From a virus (lineage: Duplodnaviria > Caudoviricetes): a stretch of 64,000 nucleotides of DNA. Position numbers and translations under genes: made by a program. Position 1 is the stretch's first letter; each line of letters opens with the position of its first letter. Where the stretch lies: the IMG/VR virus record IMGVR_UViG_3300032285_001531. The stretch is one strand, 5' to 3'. Positions 9,244 to 18,800 of the stretch are shown piece after piece. The notes below the pieces were generated by a model, which was not told the origin of the DNA, did no database searches, and saw only the letters and a program-made list of their open reading frames with translations.

Positions 9244-9913
9244 GTTTGGATGTGAATTTTGTAAACGTGAGTTTGTACGTGAAAGTACCATGCTCAAGCA
9301 TATCTGTGAGTATAAGCATCGTTGGTTAGATCGTGACCGCAGAGGTAATCAGATTGGCTTTCAGAGTTTTGTACAGTTCTATCAAAAGCACAGTGCAAGT
9401 AAGAAATTAAAAACCTATGAAGAATTTATTAAAAGTGCATATTATATTGCATTTATTAAGTTTGGGTCATATTGTTTAGAAGTTAATTGTGTCAATGTTC
9501 CTAGACTAGTAGATTTTTATCTTAAAGAAAACATCAAACTAGATAATTGGACAAGTGACACTAACTATACAAAGTTTTTAATTGAATACATGAAATCTGA
9601 GAATCCAATAGATGCTGTAGAAAGGTCTATGCAATTCTGTGCTGATAAAGCAATCGAAGAAAAGATTCAACCAAATGACTATCTACGATATGGTAATCGT
9701 AATAAAATTTGCTATGCTATAACTAGTGGAAGAATTAGTCCATGGGTATTGTATCAAAGTGAAAGTGGTGTTAAACTATTGGATGAATTATCAGAAGATT
9801 TGATTAAAATGATCTATGATTATATAAATCCAGTACAATGGGCAGTAAAGTTTAGTAAAGATACTGAAAACGTTGAATTAGTTAAACAAGTTCTAACATT
9901 GGCAAGATGGTAG
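9221..9913 (+). CDS. Hypothetical protein with N-terminal C2HC zinc finger
   Basis: FGCEFCKREFVRESTMLKHIC = F-x-C-x2-C-x3-F-x8-H-x-C. Confidence 0.65.
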   Translation: MKKIEATKFGCEFCKREFVRESTMLKHICEYKHRWLDRDRRGNQIGFQSFVQFYQKHSASKKLKTYEEFIKSAYYIAFIKFGSYCLEVNCVNVPRLVDFYLKENIKLDNWTSDTNYTKFLIEYMKSENPIDAVERSMQFCADKAIEEKIQPNDYLRYGNRNKICYAITSGRISPWVLYQSESGVKLLDELSEDLIKMIYDYINPVQWAVKFSKDTENVELVKQVLTLARW

Positions 9914-10140
9914 AGAATAGACAAAGATTTATAGTAGGTCCTAAACTAGCTAAACACTCAGAAATGGGTCTATGGGTACTGTTAGCAGATTACATGTACT
10001 GGGGACAAGAAACAACATTAGATGAATTGCATGATTGGTGTGAAAAGTATCTTAGTAAAGGCAAAGATGCAATACAAGGATCAATCATACAATTTGCAAC
10101 TGAACAAGAATTATCATTTTTTATATTACGATGGAGTTAA
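9907..10140 (+). CDS. Small hypothetical protein
   Basis: Tightly packed ORF in the operon. Confidence 0.6.
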   Translation: MVENRQRFIVGPKLAKHSEMGLWVLLADYMYWGQETTLDELHDWCEKYLSKGKDAIQGSIIQFATEQELSFFILRWS

Positions 10141-10141
10141 T

Positions 10142-10321
10142 ATGGAATTAATGACTTGGATATTATTAGTTTATCAACTAACAGAAAATCCATATGGCAT
10201 GAAACTTGAATATAAGCAAGAGTTTGCTAATCATGCTACATGTATTGCAGAGATACCTAAATACGTGCATAAAGATAAAATGGTATTCTGTGCATTAAAA
10301 AGAGAGGATGTAAAGGAATAA
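10142..10321 (+). CDS. Small hypothetical protein
   Basis: Likely start is ATG 10142, right after the previous stop, with GGAG upstream; the track start at 10022 is probably too early. Confidence 0.5.
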   Translation: MELMTWILLVYQLTENPYGMKLEYKQEFANHATCIAEIPKYVHKDKMVFCALKREDVKE

Positions 10322-10323
10322 TT

Positions 10324-10539
10324 ATGGAAGCAATTACATGGACACTAGTGGTATATCTGTTGACACCAACATTGATGCAAACAGTTAGTACAGAAAGTTA
10401 CCCGACAATGGAAACTTGTATGGCAGCAGGTGACAAAATAATTCGTAGTAATAAAGAAAAAGCAAACTCATACATGACCACATGTACAGCAGTTTATCCT
10501 AAAGAAAAATCACTAGACGAAATAGAAAATGGCAAATGA
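10324..10539 (+). CDS. Small hypothetical protein
   Basis: SD AAGGA; hydrophobic N-terminus and two Cys, similar in layout to the preceding ORF. Confidence 0.55.
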   Translation: MEAITWTLVVYLLTPTLMQTVSTESYPTMETCMAAGDKIIRSNKEKANSYMTTCTAVYPKEKSLDEIENGK

Positions 10540-11074
10540 TATTATGCTGGATATTGAAAGTTTAGACACAAGTCCTTATTGTGTTATACTTACTATTGGT
10601 GCAGTCAGATTCGATCCTAAAGGTACAGGTGTAGTTGAGAAACTAGAACTACGTCCTACTATTGATGAACAAACAGAAATTTATAATAGAGTTATAAATG
10701 ATGATACAATTCGTTGGTGGAGTACACAAAATCCTGCAGCATTAGAAGAAGCTATGGGTGATCAGGGTCGCATATCATTTAAAGATGCAATGGAACAACT
10801 ATATAAGTTTTGTTGGAACCGTCGTGCAGTATGGAGTAATGGTGCAGCATTTGATTGTGTTGCAATGGAAACAGCGTGGCAGCAATTAGATATGCGTATA
10901 CCATGGCCCTTCTATACAGTTAGAGATACAAGAACATTGTATGAAATTGCAGGTGTTAAACTTAAAGACGGCGGGCATGTTACTAGTCATAAAGCGGTAG
11001 AAGATGCAGAGCGTCAGGCTATTGTTGTGCAAGAAGCATATAAGAAATTAATGAAAGCAGGATTTATGCGATGA
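10529..11074 (+). CDS. DEDDh 3'-5' exonuclease (Rv2179c-like)
   Basis: ExoI IMLDIESL, WSNGAAFD, RDTRT, ExoIII HKAVEDA. Confidence 0.85.
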   Translation: MANDIMLDIESLDTSPYCVILTIGAVRFDPKGTGVVEKLELRPTIDEQTEIYNRVINDDTIRWWSTQNPAALEEAMGDQGRISFKDAMEQLYKFCWNRRAVWSNGAAFDCVAMETAWQQLDMRIPWPFYTVRDTRTLYEIAGVKLKDGGHVTSHKAVEDAERQAIVVQEAYKKLMKAGFMR

Positions 11075-11652
11075 ATTTTGATATTGATATTGACTTTGGT
11101 GATCGTAGTAAAGTACTTGAAGTAATCAAGTGCATACCTGCAGCCATGCGCAATGTCAAGCCTATGCGTAAACATAACACTGGTGTTTATGTAACAGAAG
11201 TTCCATATGATCCTATCAATGACATGGCTAGTATTGATTATACTGAGGCAGAACAACGTGGGTATATGAAATTAGACTTGTTGAACGTTCATGTGTATGA
11301 CAAGATTAATTCAGAAATGGAATTGATTGAAAATATGCGTGAACCTAATTGGGCAAAGTTAAAAGAAAAAGATTTTGTAGAATCATTGATTCACTTAGGT
11401 AATCAATTTGCTACAATTCAAAAGATGCCTGAACCTATAGATAGTATACCTAGACTAGCAATGTTTTTAGCAATTATTCGTCCTGGTAAAAAGCATTTAA
11501 TTGGATCAACTTGGGCAGAGATAGCTAAAACTGTGTGGGAAAAGAATGAAGATGGATATAGCTTTAAGAAAGCACATGCAATAAGTTATGCATGGTTAGT
11601 TGCTGTACATATGAATCTGTTAGAATCTAAGGCATCCGACGCACAAGAGTAA
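11071..11652 (+). CDS. dnaE: Miniature DNA polymerase III alpha-like protein, C-terminal half of the catalytic core
   Basis: FDIDIDF ~ PDFDVDF, KHNTGVYV ~ KHAGGVVI, MKLDLL ~ VKFDFL, LAIIRPG ~ VALFRPG, GYSFKKAHAISYA ~ GYGFNKSHSAAYA, all within 193 aa. Confidence 0.8.
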   Translation: MNFDIDIDFGDRSKVLEVIKCIPAAMRNVKPMRKHNTGVYVTEVPYDPINDMASIDYTEAEQRGYMKLDLLNVHVYDKINSEMELIENMREPNWAKLKEKDFVESLIHLGNQFATIQKMPEPIDSIPRLAMFLAIIRPGKKHLIGSTWAEIAKTVWEKNEDGYSFKKAHAISYAWLVAVHMNLLESKASDAQE

Positions 11653-12007
11653 TACTACGTCTTTTGGTTTTCTTTTTACTTAATTCGCTGATGCTACATA
11701 TTGGTCCATGAATTATATCTAAGCTCTTATTATTAAAAGTCCTTAAATAGGGCTTGAAAGTAATCCATTCTTCTTTTAAGAACATATTGATTGGAATTAG
11801 TCTGTTTGATTCCCACCACCAAACTTCACCTAATTCTAGGAACTTCTCTTTTAATTGGGGCTGAATAATAGAACCATAGTCGTATATTGTAGTTACGATG
11901 TCATCACGGTTTTGGATGATTCCCACATAGTCCTGTCCCGAATAGGAGCAGACTGTTATGAATGGGTGATTCTCTGATAGTCGTTTGAAAAACTCGTTAT
12001 GTATCAT
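11627..12007 (-). CDS. Conserved hypothetical protein
   Basis: 126-aa ORF with its own late-type ATAAATA upstream on the minus strand; convergent 26-bp overlap with the DnaE-like gene. Confidence 0.7.
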   Translation of the reverse strand: MIHNEFFKRLSENHPFITVCSYSGQDYVGIIQNRDDIVTTIYDYGSIIQPQLKEKFLELGEVWWWESNRLIPINMFLKEEWITFKPYLRTFNNKSLDIIHGPICSISELSKKKTKRRSITLVRRMP

Positions 12008-12118
12008 TGTTTTTTATATCTTCGGATATATTTATTGAATAAACCTATCCAAAATATTTTATTTTTATAGGTCATAGCTTATTTAGTAGGGAATAAATAA
12101 AATAAAGGAGCCAATTCT

Positions 12119-12865
12119 GTGTATTCAACACCATTATATTTTTTCAAACCCAGACAGATTGTAGTACTTTATTCGGGCACCTCATCTAGGAGATATCAAA
12201 TCGTGTACGCCAAAAATCTTACTTTAAACCGTGGAGTTGATAATCAACTACAATTTCAATTTCTGGACCAAGAACAGAAGAAAATAGACATCACTGGTAA
12301 AACATTGAGTTTCAGACTATTGAATTATGACGGCACTCAGATATTACTTAGAAAAGCCCTAGATGCATTTCTCCCGTTAACTGGATTAGCTAATCTAACT
12401 TTAAGTAGCTCTGAACTCATCAATATCAACCCACAACTTTGTAGTTATAGTTTAGAGATAGATGACGGTTCATTAAATCTTCCGGTGTTCACTAATAGTG
12501 AAGCAAGCGCACGAGGAACAATTAGTGTAGTTGATAGTGTACTTCCAAAACACATACCATCTATGCCTGTTGAAATACCAACACATCAAACTGTAGCTAA
12601 TACAGGTACTACATATTATAGTAGCGTGATTGGAATGAACGGAACCAGTTTAATGACATTCCAACCATATTTGGATGAATACTCAGGTAACATTGTAATC
12701 CAAGGTTCAACTAGTATAGACAATGGTTGGTATGATGTTGATACTATTGGGACTTTTGCTAATGATTCTTCAACCACTTCCTTTAGTGTTGAAGGATTTC
12801 ATCCTTATGTAAGACTACAATTCAATAGCACTGCGGGAAATGTCGCTAACATTTTAGTCAGATAA
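12119..12865 (+). CDS. Probable virion structural protein (BppU-like Ig fold), GTG start
   Basis: LTLNRGVDNQLQFQFLDQEQKKIDITGKT pattern, beta-rich; ATAAATA and SD AAGGAG upstream. Confidence 0.55.
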   Translation: MYSTPLYFFKPRQIVVLYSGTSSRRYQIVYAKNLTLNRGVDNQLQFQFLDQEQKKIDITGKTLSFRLLNYDGTQILLRKALDAFLPLTGLANLTLSSSELININPQLCSYSLEIDDGSLNLPVFTNSEASARGTISVVDSVLPKHIPSMPVEIPTHQTVANTGTTYYSSVIGMNGTSLMTFQPYLDEYSGNIVIQGSTSIDNGWYDVDTIGTFANDSSTTSFSVEGFHPYVRLQFNSTAGNVANILVR

Positions 12866-12913
12866 ACTACCAAACTGTTACTATTTTGACATTGTATATG
12901 TTATAATTATAAC

Positions 12914-13888
12914 ATGTTTGATATTCTGTCGGTCGTTCCTAATAAGAAAAAACTAACGTCAAGTGGATGGTATAGCTTTAATGCTATCTGCTGTCACCAT
13001 AATGGACACAACCCTGATAAACGTCAACGCGGTGGTATTCGTATAGAAGGAAACAAATGGACATATCACTGCTTCAATTGCAATTATAGTTGTGGCTTTG
13101 AATTAGGACATAATATAAGCGACCGCACAAGAGAACTATTGAGATGGTGCGGAATAGATGACCAACAAATCTTACGCTGGAATTTAGAAAGTTTACAGAA
13201 TAAAGATTTATTAGATTTCACTAAGAAGTTTAAGAAAGAAAGACCAGTTGAATTTGCAGCTAAAAAACTTCCTGAATACGCAGAGATATTAGATGACACT
13301 AATCCTAAACATAAAGTTTATGTAGATTATTTGATTAAACGATGTGTTGATTATAAATCATTTGATTTTTACGTAACTCCAGATGATACAGGAAGAAATG
13401 CTAATAGAGTAATTATACCATACACATATCACAAAGAGATTGTGGGTAACACTAGCAGATTCTTAGATACTAGAATACCTAAGTATATTAATGACCAACA
13501 GCCTGGTTATGTGTTTGGATATGACCAACAGAAAGCTGATTGGCAAATATGTATCCTAACAGAAGGTATCTTTGACGCCCTATCAATTCAGGGCTGTGCA
13601 ATTATGCATAGTGATATAAGTCCTGAACAAGCAAAGATGCTAAGACAATTGAACAGACATATTATATTTGTACCAGATCAAGATAAAGCAGGACTAGCAT
13701 TATGTGACAAAGCATTAGAATTAGGATATAGTGTAAGCATTCCTGTTTGGCACGATGACATTAAAGATTTAAATGATGCAGTAATTAAATATGGAAAATT
13801 GCCTACATTGTTAAGTATATTGCAGGCAGCTACTACGAGCAAAATAAAAATAGAAATGCAAAGGAAAAAGATTGTTAAAGGAATATAA
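12914..13888 (+). CDS. gp61: DNA primase (gp61/DnaG-like)
   Basis: Zinc-binding CCH...YHCFNC, RVIIPY, TOPRIM LTEGIFDA, PDQD, KDLND. Confidence 0.85.
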   Translation: MFDILSVVPNKKKLTSSGWYSFNAICCHHNGHNPDKRQRGGIRIEGNKWTYHCFNCNYSCGFELGHNISDRTRELLRWCGIDDQQILRWNLESLQNKDLLDFTKKFKKERPVEFAAKKLPEYAEILDDTNPKHKVYVDYLIKRCVDYKSFDFYVTPDDTGRNANRVIIPYTYHKEIVGNTSRFLDTRIPKYINDQQPGYVFGYDQQKADWQICILTEGIFDALSIQGCAIMHSDISPEQAKMLRQLNRHIIFVPDQDKAGLALCDKALELGYSVSIPVWHDDIKDLNDAVIKYGKLPTLLSILQAATTSKIKIEMQRKKIVKGI

Positions 13889-15287
13889 CCGAGACGTTCA
13901 GCAACTCTTTTTACAAATGATGCTAACAAATGCAGAATTGTACACTAGAGTTATGAACATTATGAATCCTCAAAACTTTGAGAAGTCACTACGACCAGTG
14001 GCTGAGTTTATGACGGAGTATAGTGAGAAGTATAGTTTGTTACCTGATGCTGCACAGATCAAAGCAACAACAGGAGTTGACATTGAACTTATAGATGATT
14101 TCAGTGATAAACATACTGAATGGTTCTTAGCAGAATTTGAATCATTCACTAAACGTCAGGAACTTGAGAGTGCGATTCTTAAAGCAGCCGACTTACTAGA
14201 GAAGGGTGACTTTGGCCCTGTTGAGAAACTAATTAAAGATGCAGTACAGATTAGTTTACAACGTGACATGGGTACAGATTACTTTGCTGACCCTAAACTT
14301 AGATTGAACAAATACTTTAATGCAGGTGGACAACAAAGCACAGGCTGGCCACAGATGGATAGATTACTCTATGGTGGATTCAGTCGTGGCGAATTGAATA
14401 TCTTTGCAGGTGGCTCAGGTTCAGGTAAGTCATTGGTTATGATGAACATTGCATTGAATTGGTTACAGATGGGCTTAAGCGGTGTTTATATCTCATTAGA
14501 ACTTTCAGAAGAACTAACCTCACTGAGAACTGATGCGATGTTAACTAGTATGAGTACAAAGGATATCCGTAAAGATATGGATACAACTGAACTCAAAGTT
14601 AAGATGGTAGGTAAGAAAGCAGGACAATATCGTGTTAAAGGATTACCTGCACAAAGTAACGTCAATGACATTCGTAGCTATCTAAAAGAAGTACAAATTC
14701 AGACTGGCATGAGAGTTGACTTTGTTATGATTGACTACTTGGATCTAGTTATGCCGGTATCAGTTAAAGTCAATCCAAATGACCAGTTTATCAAAGACAA
14801 ATATGTATCAGAAGAATTGCGTAATCTGTCAAAGGAACTTGGTATATTGATGGTAACAGCTAGTCAGTTGAATCGTAGCGCAGTTGAAGAAATTGAATTT
14901 GATCATAGTCATATCGCAGGTGGTATATCTAAGATTAACACAGCAGATAATGTGTTCGGTATCTTTACAAGCCGTAGTATGCGTGAGCGTGGCAAGTATC
15001 AGATTCAATGTATGAAATCTCGTAGTAGTACAGGGGTAGGACAAAAGATAGATTTAGAGTATAATATCGAAACCATGAGAATTACAGACAGCGGGGAAGA
15101 GAGTGATAGTACAAAATACAACAATCCTCAACCCAGCGTCAATGCACTTATGAACAGTCTGAAACCTAGCAGCACAGTAACCTCTGCGACTTATTCTAGC
15201 GAAGAAGAGGATTATGAGGGTCCAAAAGTAGTAGCAAATGTACAGGGTGCAAAACTCAAAGCAATGTTGAATAATCTTAAAAAGTGA
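13872..15287 (+). CDS. gp41: DnaB/gp41-like replicative helicase (TTG start)
   Basis: Walker A GGSGSGKS, ISLEL, IDYLD, TASQLNR, KSRSS; overlaps the primase gene. Confidence 0.88.
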   Translation: MLKEYNRDVQQLFLQMMLTNAELYTRVMNIMNPQNFEKSLRPVAEFMTEYSEKYSLLPDAAQIKATTGVDIELIDDFSDKHTEWFLAEFESFTKRQELESAILKAADLLEKGDFGPVEKLIKDAVQISLQRDMGTDYFADPKLRLNKYFNAGGQQSTGWPQMDRLLYGGFSRGELNIFAGGSGSGKSLVMMNIALNWLQMGLSGVYISLELSEELTSLRTDAMLTSMSTKDIRKDMDTTELKVKMVGKKAGQYRVKGLPAQSNVNDIRSYLKEVQIQTGMRVDFVMIDYLDLVMPVSVKVNPNDQFIKDKYVSEELRNLSKELGILMVTASQLNRSAVEEIEFDHSHIAGGISKINTADNVFGIFTSRSMRERGKYQIQCMKSRSSTGVGQKIDLEYNIETMRITDSGEESDSTKYNNPQPSVNALMNSLKPSSTVTSATYSSEEEDYEGPKVVANVQGAKLKAMLNNLKK

Positions 15288-15313
15288 CTAAATACTATTG
15301 GGACTCAAATATT

Positions 15314-15568
15314 ATGGAACGAAAAACTCGCAGTTTATTAGAAGAATTAGAAGCTCTGGGAAATAACAGAGATACTAAGCACGTTATTGAAAGTCGTGCC
15401 CATAATATCATTACCAGCGCAATTAATCTCATAGAAATGATTAATAAGCACTATGACCCTGAAAAAGCTTTGATCTTAGAGAAGAAATTGTTAGCTTCCA
15501 TCAAGTACAAGGATCAGGCTCGATTCTCAAAAAGTATTAAAAAATCAGATGAAACTCCAGGAAGTTGA
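15314..15568 (+). CDS. Hypothetical late protein
   Basis: CTAAATA at 15288-15294, then ATG 15314 (MERKTRSLLEEL). Confidence 0.65.
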   Translation: MERKTRSLLEELEALGNNRDTKHVIESRAHNIITSAINLIEMINKHYDPEKALILEKKLLASIKYKDQARFSKSIKKSDETPGS

Positions 15569-16268
15569 TACAGAAGTAACTGAAGGTATAATGGACCTTG
15601 TTAAGGGTGTATCCAACACAATGGGTGCGGCTATGGGCAGTCGTGCTAACAGAAAAGAATTAGAAAATCAACAGGCCAAAAAAAACTTCACAAGTATGTT
15701 TGTTAAAAAGATGCTTGGAGTAATCTCAGGGCAATGGCTAGAAGTGCAGCAACGTCAAAATGAATTACAACAACAAGCAGAATTAGTCCAACAACAATAT
15801 AATGCTAAGGGTAAGAATTTACAGATTGCTGCAAATCCTGCAGCAGCAGAAGCAGAACGTAACGCAGCAGCTCCTGTTCCAGCGGTATCAGAATCATATA
15901 GTTTTTTCAATGATTTGGTTGAGGCTGCAGCGAAACAACCTCCACCGCAGGTCAAGAAAATAACAATGGCAGACTATCTAGTCAAAGTGATTATGCAGTA
16001 TATGCAGGGTGTGAATATTCAACCGCAAATGGCTTCAATTACACAAATGTGTAAAATGGTTGAATTGACGTATGCACAAAATCATGGACTTCCTGCACTA
16101 AGAAAACTAGGGGATATGCTATACGATTTAGCAGCAGACCAAAAAGCAAAGTCTGCCCCTGCTGTTCCCGAACCAGAAAGCCCAACAGAGAAAACTATTA
16201 TTTCTTTATTCAAACAACTCGATCCAAACGAGCAGAAAGCTGTTTTAGCCAAGCTAAAACCATCCTAA
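15549..16268 (+). CDS. Probable internal head protein
   Basis: Starts MKLQEV; Q/A-rich; hydrophobic-X-E sites. Confidence 0.5.
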   Translation: MKLQEVDTEVTEGIMDLVKGVSNTMGAAMGSRANRKELENQQAKKNFTSMFVKKMLGVISGQWLEVQQRQNELQQQAELVQQQYNAKGKNLQIAANPAAAEAERNAAAPVPAVSESYSFFNDLVEAAAKQPPPQVKKITMADYLVKVIMQYMQGVNIQPQMASITQMCKMVELTYAQNHGLPALRKLGDMLYDLAADQKAKSAPAVPEPESPTEKTIISLFKQLDPNEQKAVLAKLKPS

Positions 16269-16355
16269 AACATTACCCTAAATCACATTTTTTTGTAAAA
16301 GGACTAAATAAAAGTAGAGCCTTTGAAAGCTCACATTTTATAAAGGAAAAATATC

Positions 16356-16760
16356 ATGGCATCATTCGCAAGAACACACGGTGATTTACAACCAGTAATG
16401 AACTATGACACCGGCGCATACACAGTCGGTTCAGCAAACGCATTAGTAAGCGGAGCATCAGTACAACCAGCAGGTCCAAAGCTAGACTTCTTCACAATCG
16501 AAGGCGCTTATATCGACAATGCAAGTACTGAAAGCGGCAACGTTTATTTACTAATCAACGCAATTCAGCAATTAGCAACAATTCACATGTATCAATGGAC
16601 AGACGCAGGTTCAAATGGTACATTAGCAATTGGTGTATATCCAACTCAAGCTTTCTCAACCGATGGTTCAGTTGGCGCAAACTTGACTTCAGTATGTCAA
16701 GCAGCAGTTAGCTCAGTAGTTTGCAGCAACTCAGCTACATTCACTTCTTCACAAACTTAA
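16356..16760 (+). CDS. Small, probably abundant virion protein (head-decoration-like)
   Basis: Own late promoter (16304-16310), SD AAGGA and terminator; A/S/T/G-rich. Confidence 0.55.
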   Translation: MASFARTHGDLQPVMNYDTGAYTVGSANALVSGASVQPAGPKLDFFTIEGAYIDNASTESGNVYLLINAIQQLATIHMYQWTDAGSNGTLAIGVYPTQAFSTDGSVGANLTSVCQAAVSSVVCSNSATFTSSQT

Positions 16761-16783
16761 TTTAAAGTTTTTGAATATAAAAG

Positions 16784-16809
16784 GCCCAAGAATTTCTTGG
16801 GCTTTTTTT
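16784..16809 (+). terminator. Intrinsic terminator
   Basis: GCCCAAGA-ATT-TCTTGGGC followed by a T-tract. Confidence 0.85.
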
Positions 16810-16826
16810 ACCTCATTAAATAGTGT

Positions 16827-17252
16827 ATGGCAATTAATATTAGATGTTACACACTGTTTGACATTACTAAAACCAATGTCACTAACCGAAGACCTCCCCC
16901 AGAGTCTAGTCCTGAGGAGATTAAAGTTTGGCAAGAAAAACGTAATACACAGTGTAATTTAGATACTATAACTCAGGTGATATCCATTAGGGCACAACCC
17001 GAAAATCTCACTGATCCTGTACGAAAAGAAATAGAAAAATCTGTTTTTGGAACAGAATTAACACCAACTCATTATTGGACATTTGATTTTACTATCAATT
17101 ATGCCCAAGTATTCACTGATGATTCAGGTGAATTGGGTGCGTTATTTTCTGATTGTACTAATGTTCCTATGATTAACACAACCCAAGCAGTCATGCTCTC
17201 TTACTTAGATACCACTGTAGAAAAAAGAAACATTTATTTTGAGGTTTTGTGA
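16827..17252 (+). CDS. Conserved hypothetical late protein
   Basis: TAAATA-N4-ATG start; 141 aa. Confidence 0.65.
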   Translation: MAINIRCYTLFDITKTNVTNRRPPPESSPEEIKVWQEKRNTQCNLDTITQVISIRAQPENLTDPVRKEIEKSVFGTELTPTHYWTFDFTINYAQVFTDDSGELGALFSDCTNVPMINTTQAVMLSYLDTTVEKRNIYFEVL

Positions 17253-17253
17253 T

Positions 17254-17718
17254 ATGAATGATAAACAATTATTTCAAGCCCTAGAAAAAATAATCAATGA
17301 AAACACAGTCAATAAGATAAAGAATACGGCTGTGATAAAAGAAGGTGATCAATATAGATTATTTGAAAAATATATCGTCAAGAAAACTAAAGTGGGTTTT
17401 CAGGTCACTAGAATATCTGACGATAATTCTAAATTATTCACTAGTATTAAATATGCAGTAACCTGGGCAACATTGGACAAGAGGAATTTAATTGTAGAAG
17501 CTAATCGTGTATTACAATTGGATGATATTTTAGCAGGGTTAGAAGTGTCTACAAAGCTACTTGAAAAGTACAATAAAAAGACTCAGAATTTTATATATCT
17601 AAACAAATTAAACGAAAACAGACTAAAAAGGGTCAGTCTTATTAAGGAATTAGACAGCTATACCGTCAAGGCCAAGCAATGGCAAATGACTCAATTTGCT
17701 CAAAGTTCCTATAAATAA
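17254..17718 (+). CDS. Hypothetical protein
   Basis: Likely start is ATG 17254, just after the previous stop. Confidence 0.6.
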   Translation: MNDKQLFQALEKIINENTVNKIKNTAVIKEGDQYRLFEKYIVKKTKVGFQVTRISDDNSKLFTSIKYAVTWATLDKRNLIVEANRVLQLDDILAGLEVSTKLLEKYNKKTQNFIYLNKLNENRLKRVSLIKELDSYTVKAKQWQMTQFAQSSYK

Positions 17719-17761
17719 GATATAGAATGATAAATACTATTATCAGCTTTTGGGAAAAACT

Positions 17762-18469
17762 ATGAAACTTACCGAATTTAACAAAAAGCCACATTTGATG
17801 GCAAAGAAAGCTCTAAAAGAGAACTTTAACACCGACATTAACTTAGAAAAGATGAATCTTAGCGAAACTAGAAATATGCTAGGAAAAGTCAAATCATTAA
17901 TTAGTGAAGTTAGAGATACTAACAATGTTTACTCCAGTGAAACCAATCCAACTTATTTAAAGTTAGTGTTCATGGAGCAAGCACTAAGCAACTACTATAA
18001 TGAGTTGAAATATCAACCTGAACACAATGGCAGAATCGTCATTGAAAACGAAAACGTTGAGCAAGCTCAAGTTGTTTTAGCAGCTAAAGATATGATTGAC
18101 AGTGTACAGAAAATGATTGAAGATGTTTCTGACATGTTAGTTAAAGAACTGCCTGCAGTTGTTGACAGCGTATCTGCTGAAATTGGCACTAATGAAGCTG
18201 AACAGTTTAATGGTCAAGCTACTGATGCGTTATCAGGTTTACAAGCAGCATTAACACAAGCTAAGACAGGTCTACAAGGCGCATTAGGTATTGTAACTGG
18301 TCAAGGCGGTGGATTTGGTGCTGGCATGGGTGCAGGATTAGATGGTGGTTTAGATGAACCTAAACTAGATGCTATGGATGATCAAGCAGAAGAATTGCCA
18401 ATGCCACCAGAAGCAGATGAAGAACCAGAAGAACTACCTACTCCGGGTGTTGGACGCGGTAAAAGATAA
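17762..18469 (+). CDS. Probable prohead core/internal head protein
   Basis: Starts MKLTEF after ATAAATA (17730-17736); coiled-coil core with a G-rich and P/E-rich tail. Confidence 0.5.
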   Translation: MKLTEFNKKPHLMAKKALKENFNTDINLEKMNLSETRNMLGKVKSLISEVRDTNNVYSSETNPTYLKLVFMEQALSNYYNELKYQPEHNGRIVIENENVEQAQVVLAAKDMIDSVQKMIEDVSDMLVKELPAVVDSVSAEIGTNEAEQFNGQATDALSGLQAALTQAKTGLQGALGIVTGQGGGFGAGMGAGLDGGLDEPKLDAMDDQAEELPMPPEADEEPEELPTPGVGRGKR

Positions 18470-18471
18470 TA

Positions 18472-18798
18472 ATGCGTTTATTTGAGTTTGCTAGTGATGA
18501 TCCTCTACGTATTAAGTTGGTTGCAATAACTGATCAACTTAAGGATAGATACCAGCATTCTAGCAAACCAATGTCTACAGATGCATTCTTAGAATTCTTG
18601 AGTGATAACGATATCACAGTTGGTATAGAAGACCTAAGAGACATGATTCAAAAACCACCCTTAGTTAATATCATTGATGACATCAAAGGTGATAATGTTA
18701 TATTTAAAGGTCAACAACAAGAACCAAGACTCCCGACAAGCCCTGATCAAGCAGAAAAAACAGTTGCTAACATGGCCAAACATGCTATAAAAAAATAA
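18472..18798 (+). CDS. Hypothetical late protein
   Basis: Starts MRLFEF; tightly coupled to its neighbours. Confidence 0.6.
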   Translation: MRLFEFASDDPLRIKLVAITDQLKDRYQHSSKPMSTDAFLEFLSDNDITVGIEDLRDMIQKPPLVNIIDDIKGDNVIFKGQQQEPRLPTSPDQAEKTVANMAKHAIKK

Positions 18799-18800
18799 CC

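Noticed and set aside
11071-11652. Cyanobacterial-type split-intein DnaE, or a decayed dnaE pseudogene
   Set aside because: No intein residues at either junction, and the GYxFxKxH region where the cyanobacterial split lies is intact. Both halves keep clean starts, stops and catalytic motifs.
12886-12907. TTGACA as the -35 of the primase promoter
   Set aside because: Only 10 bp from TATAAT; the promoter is better explained as an extended -10 type.
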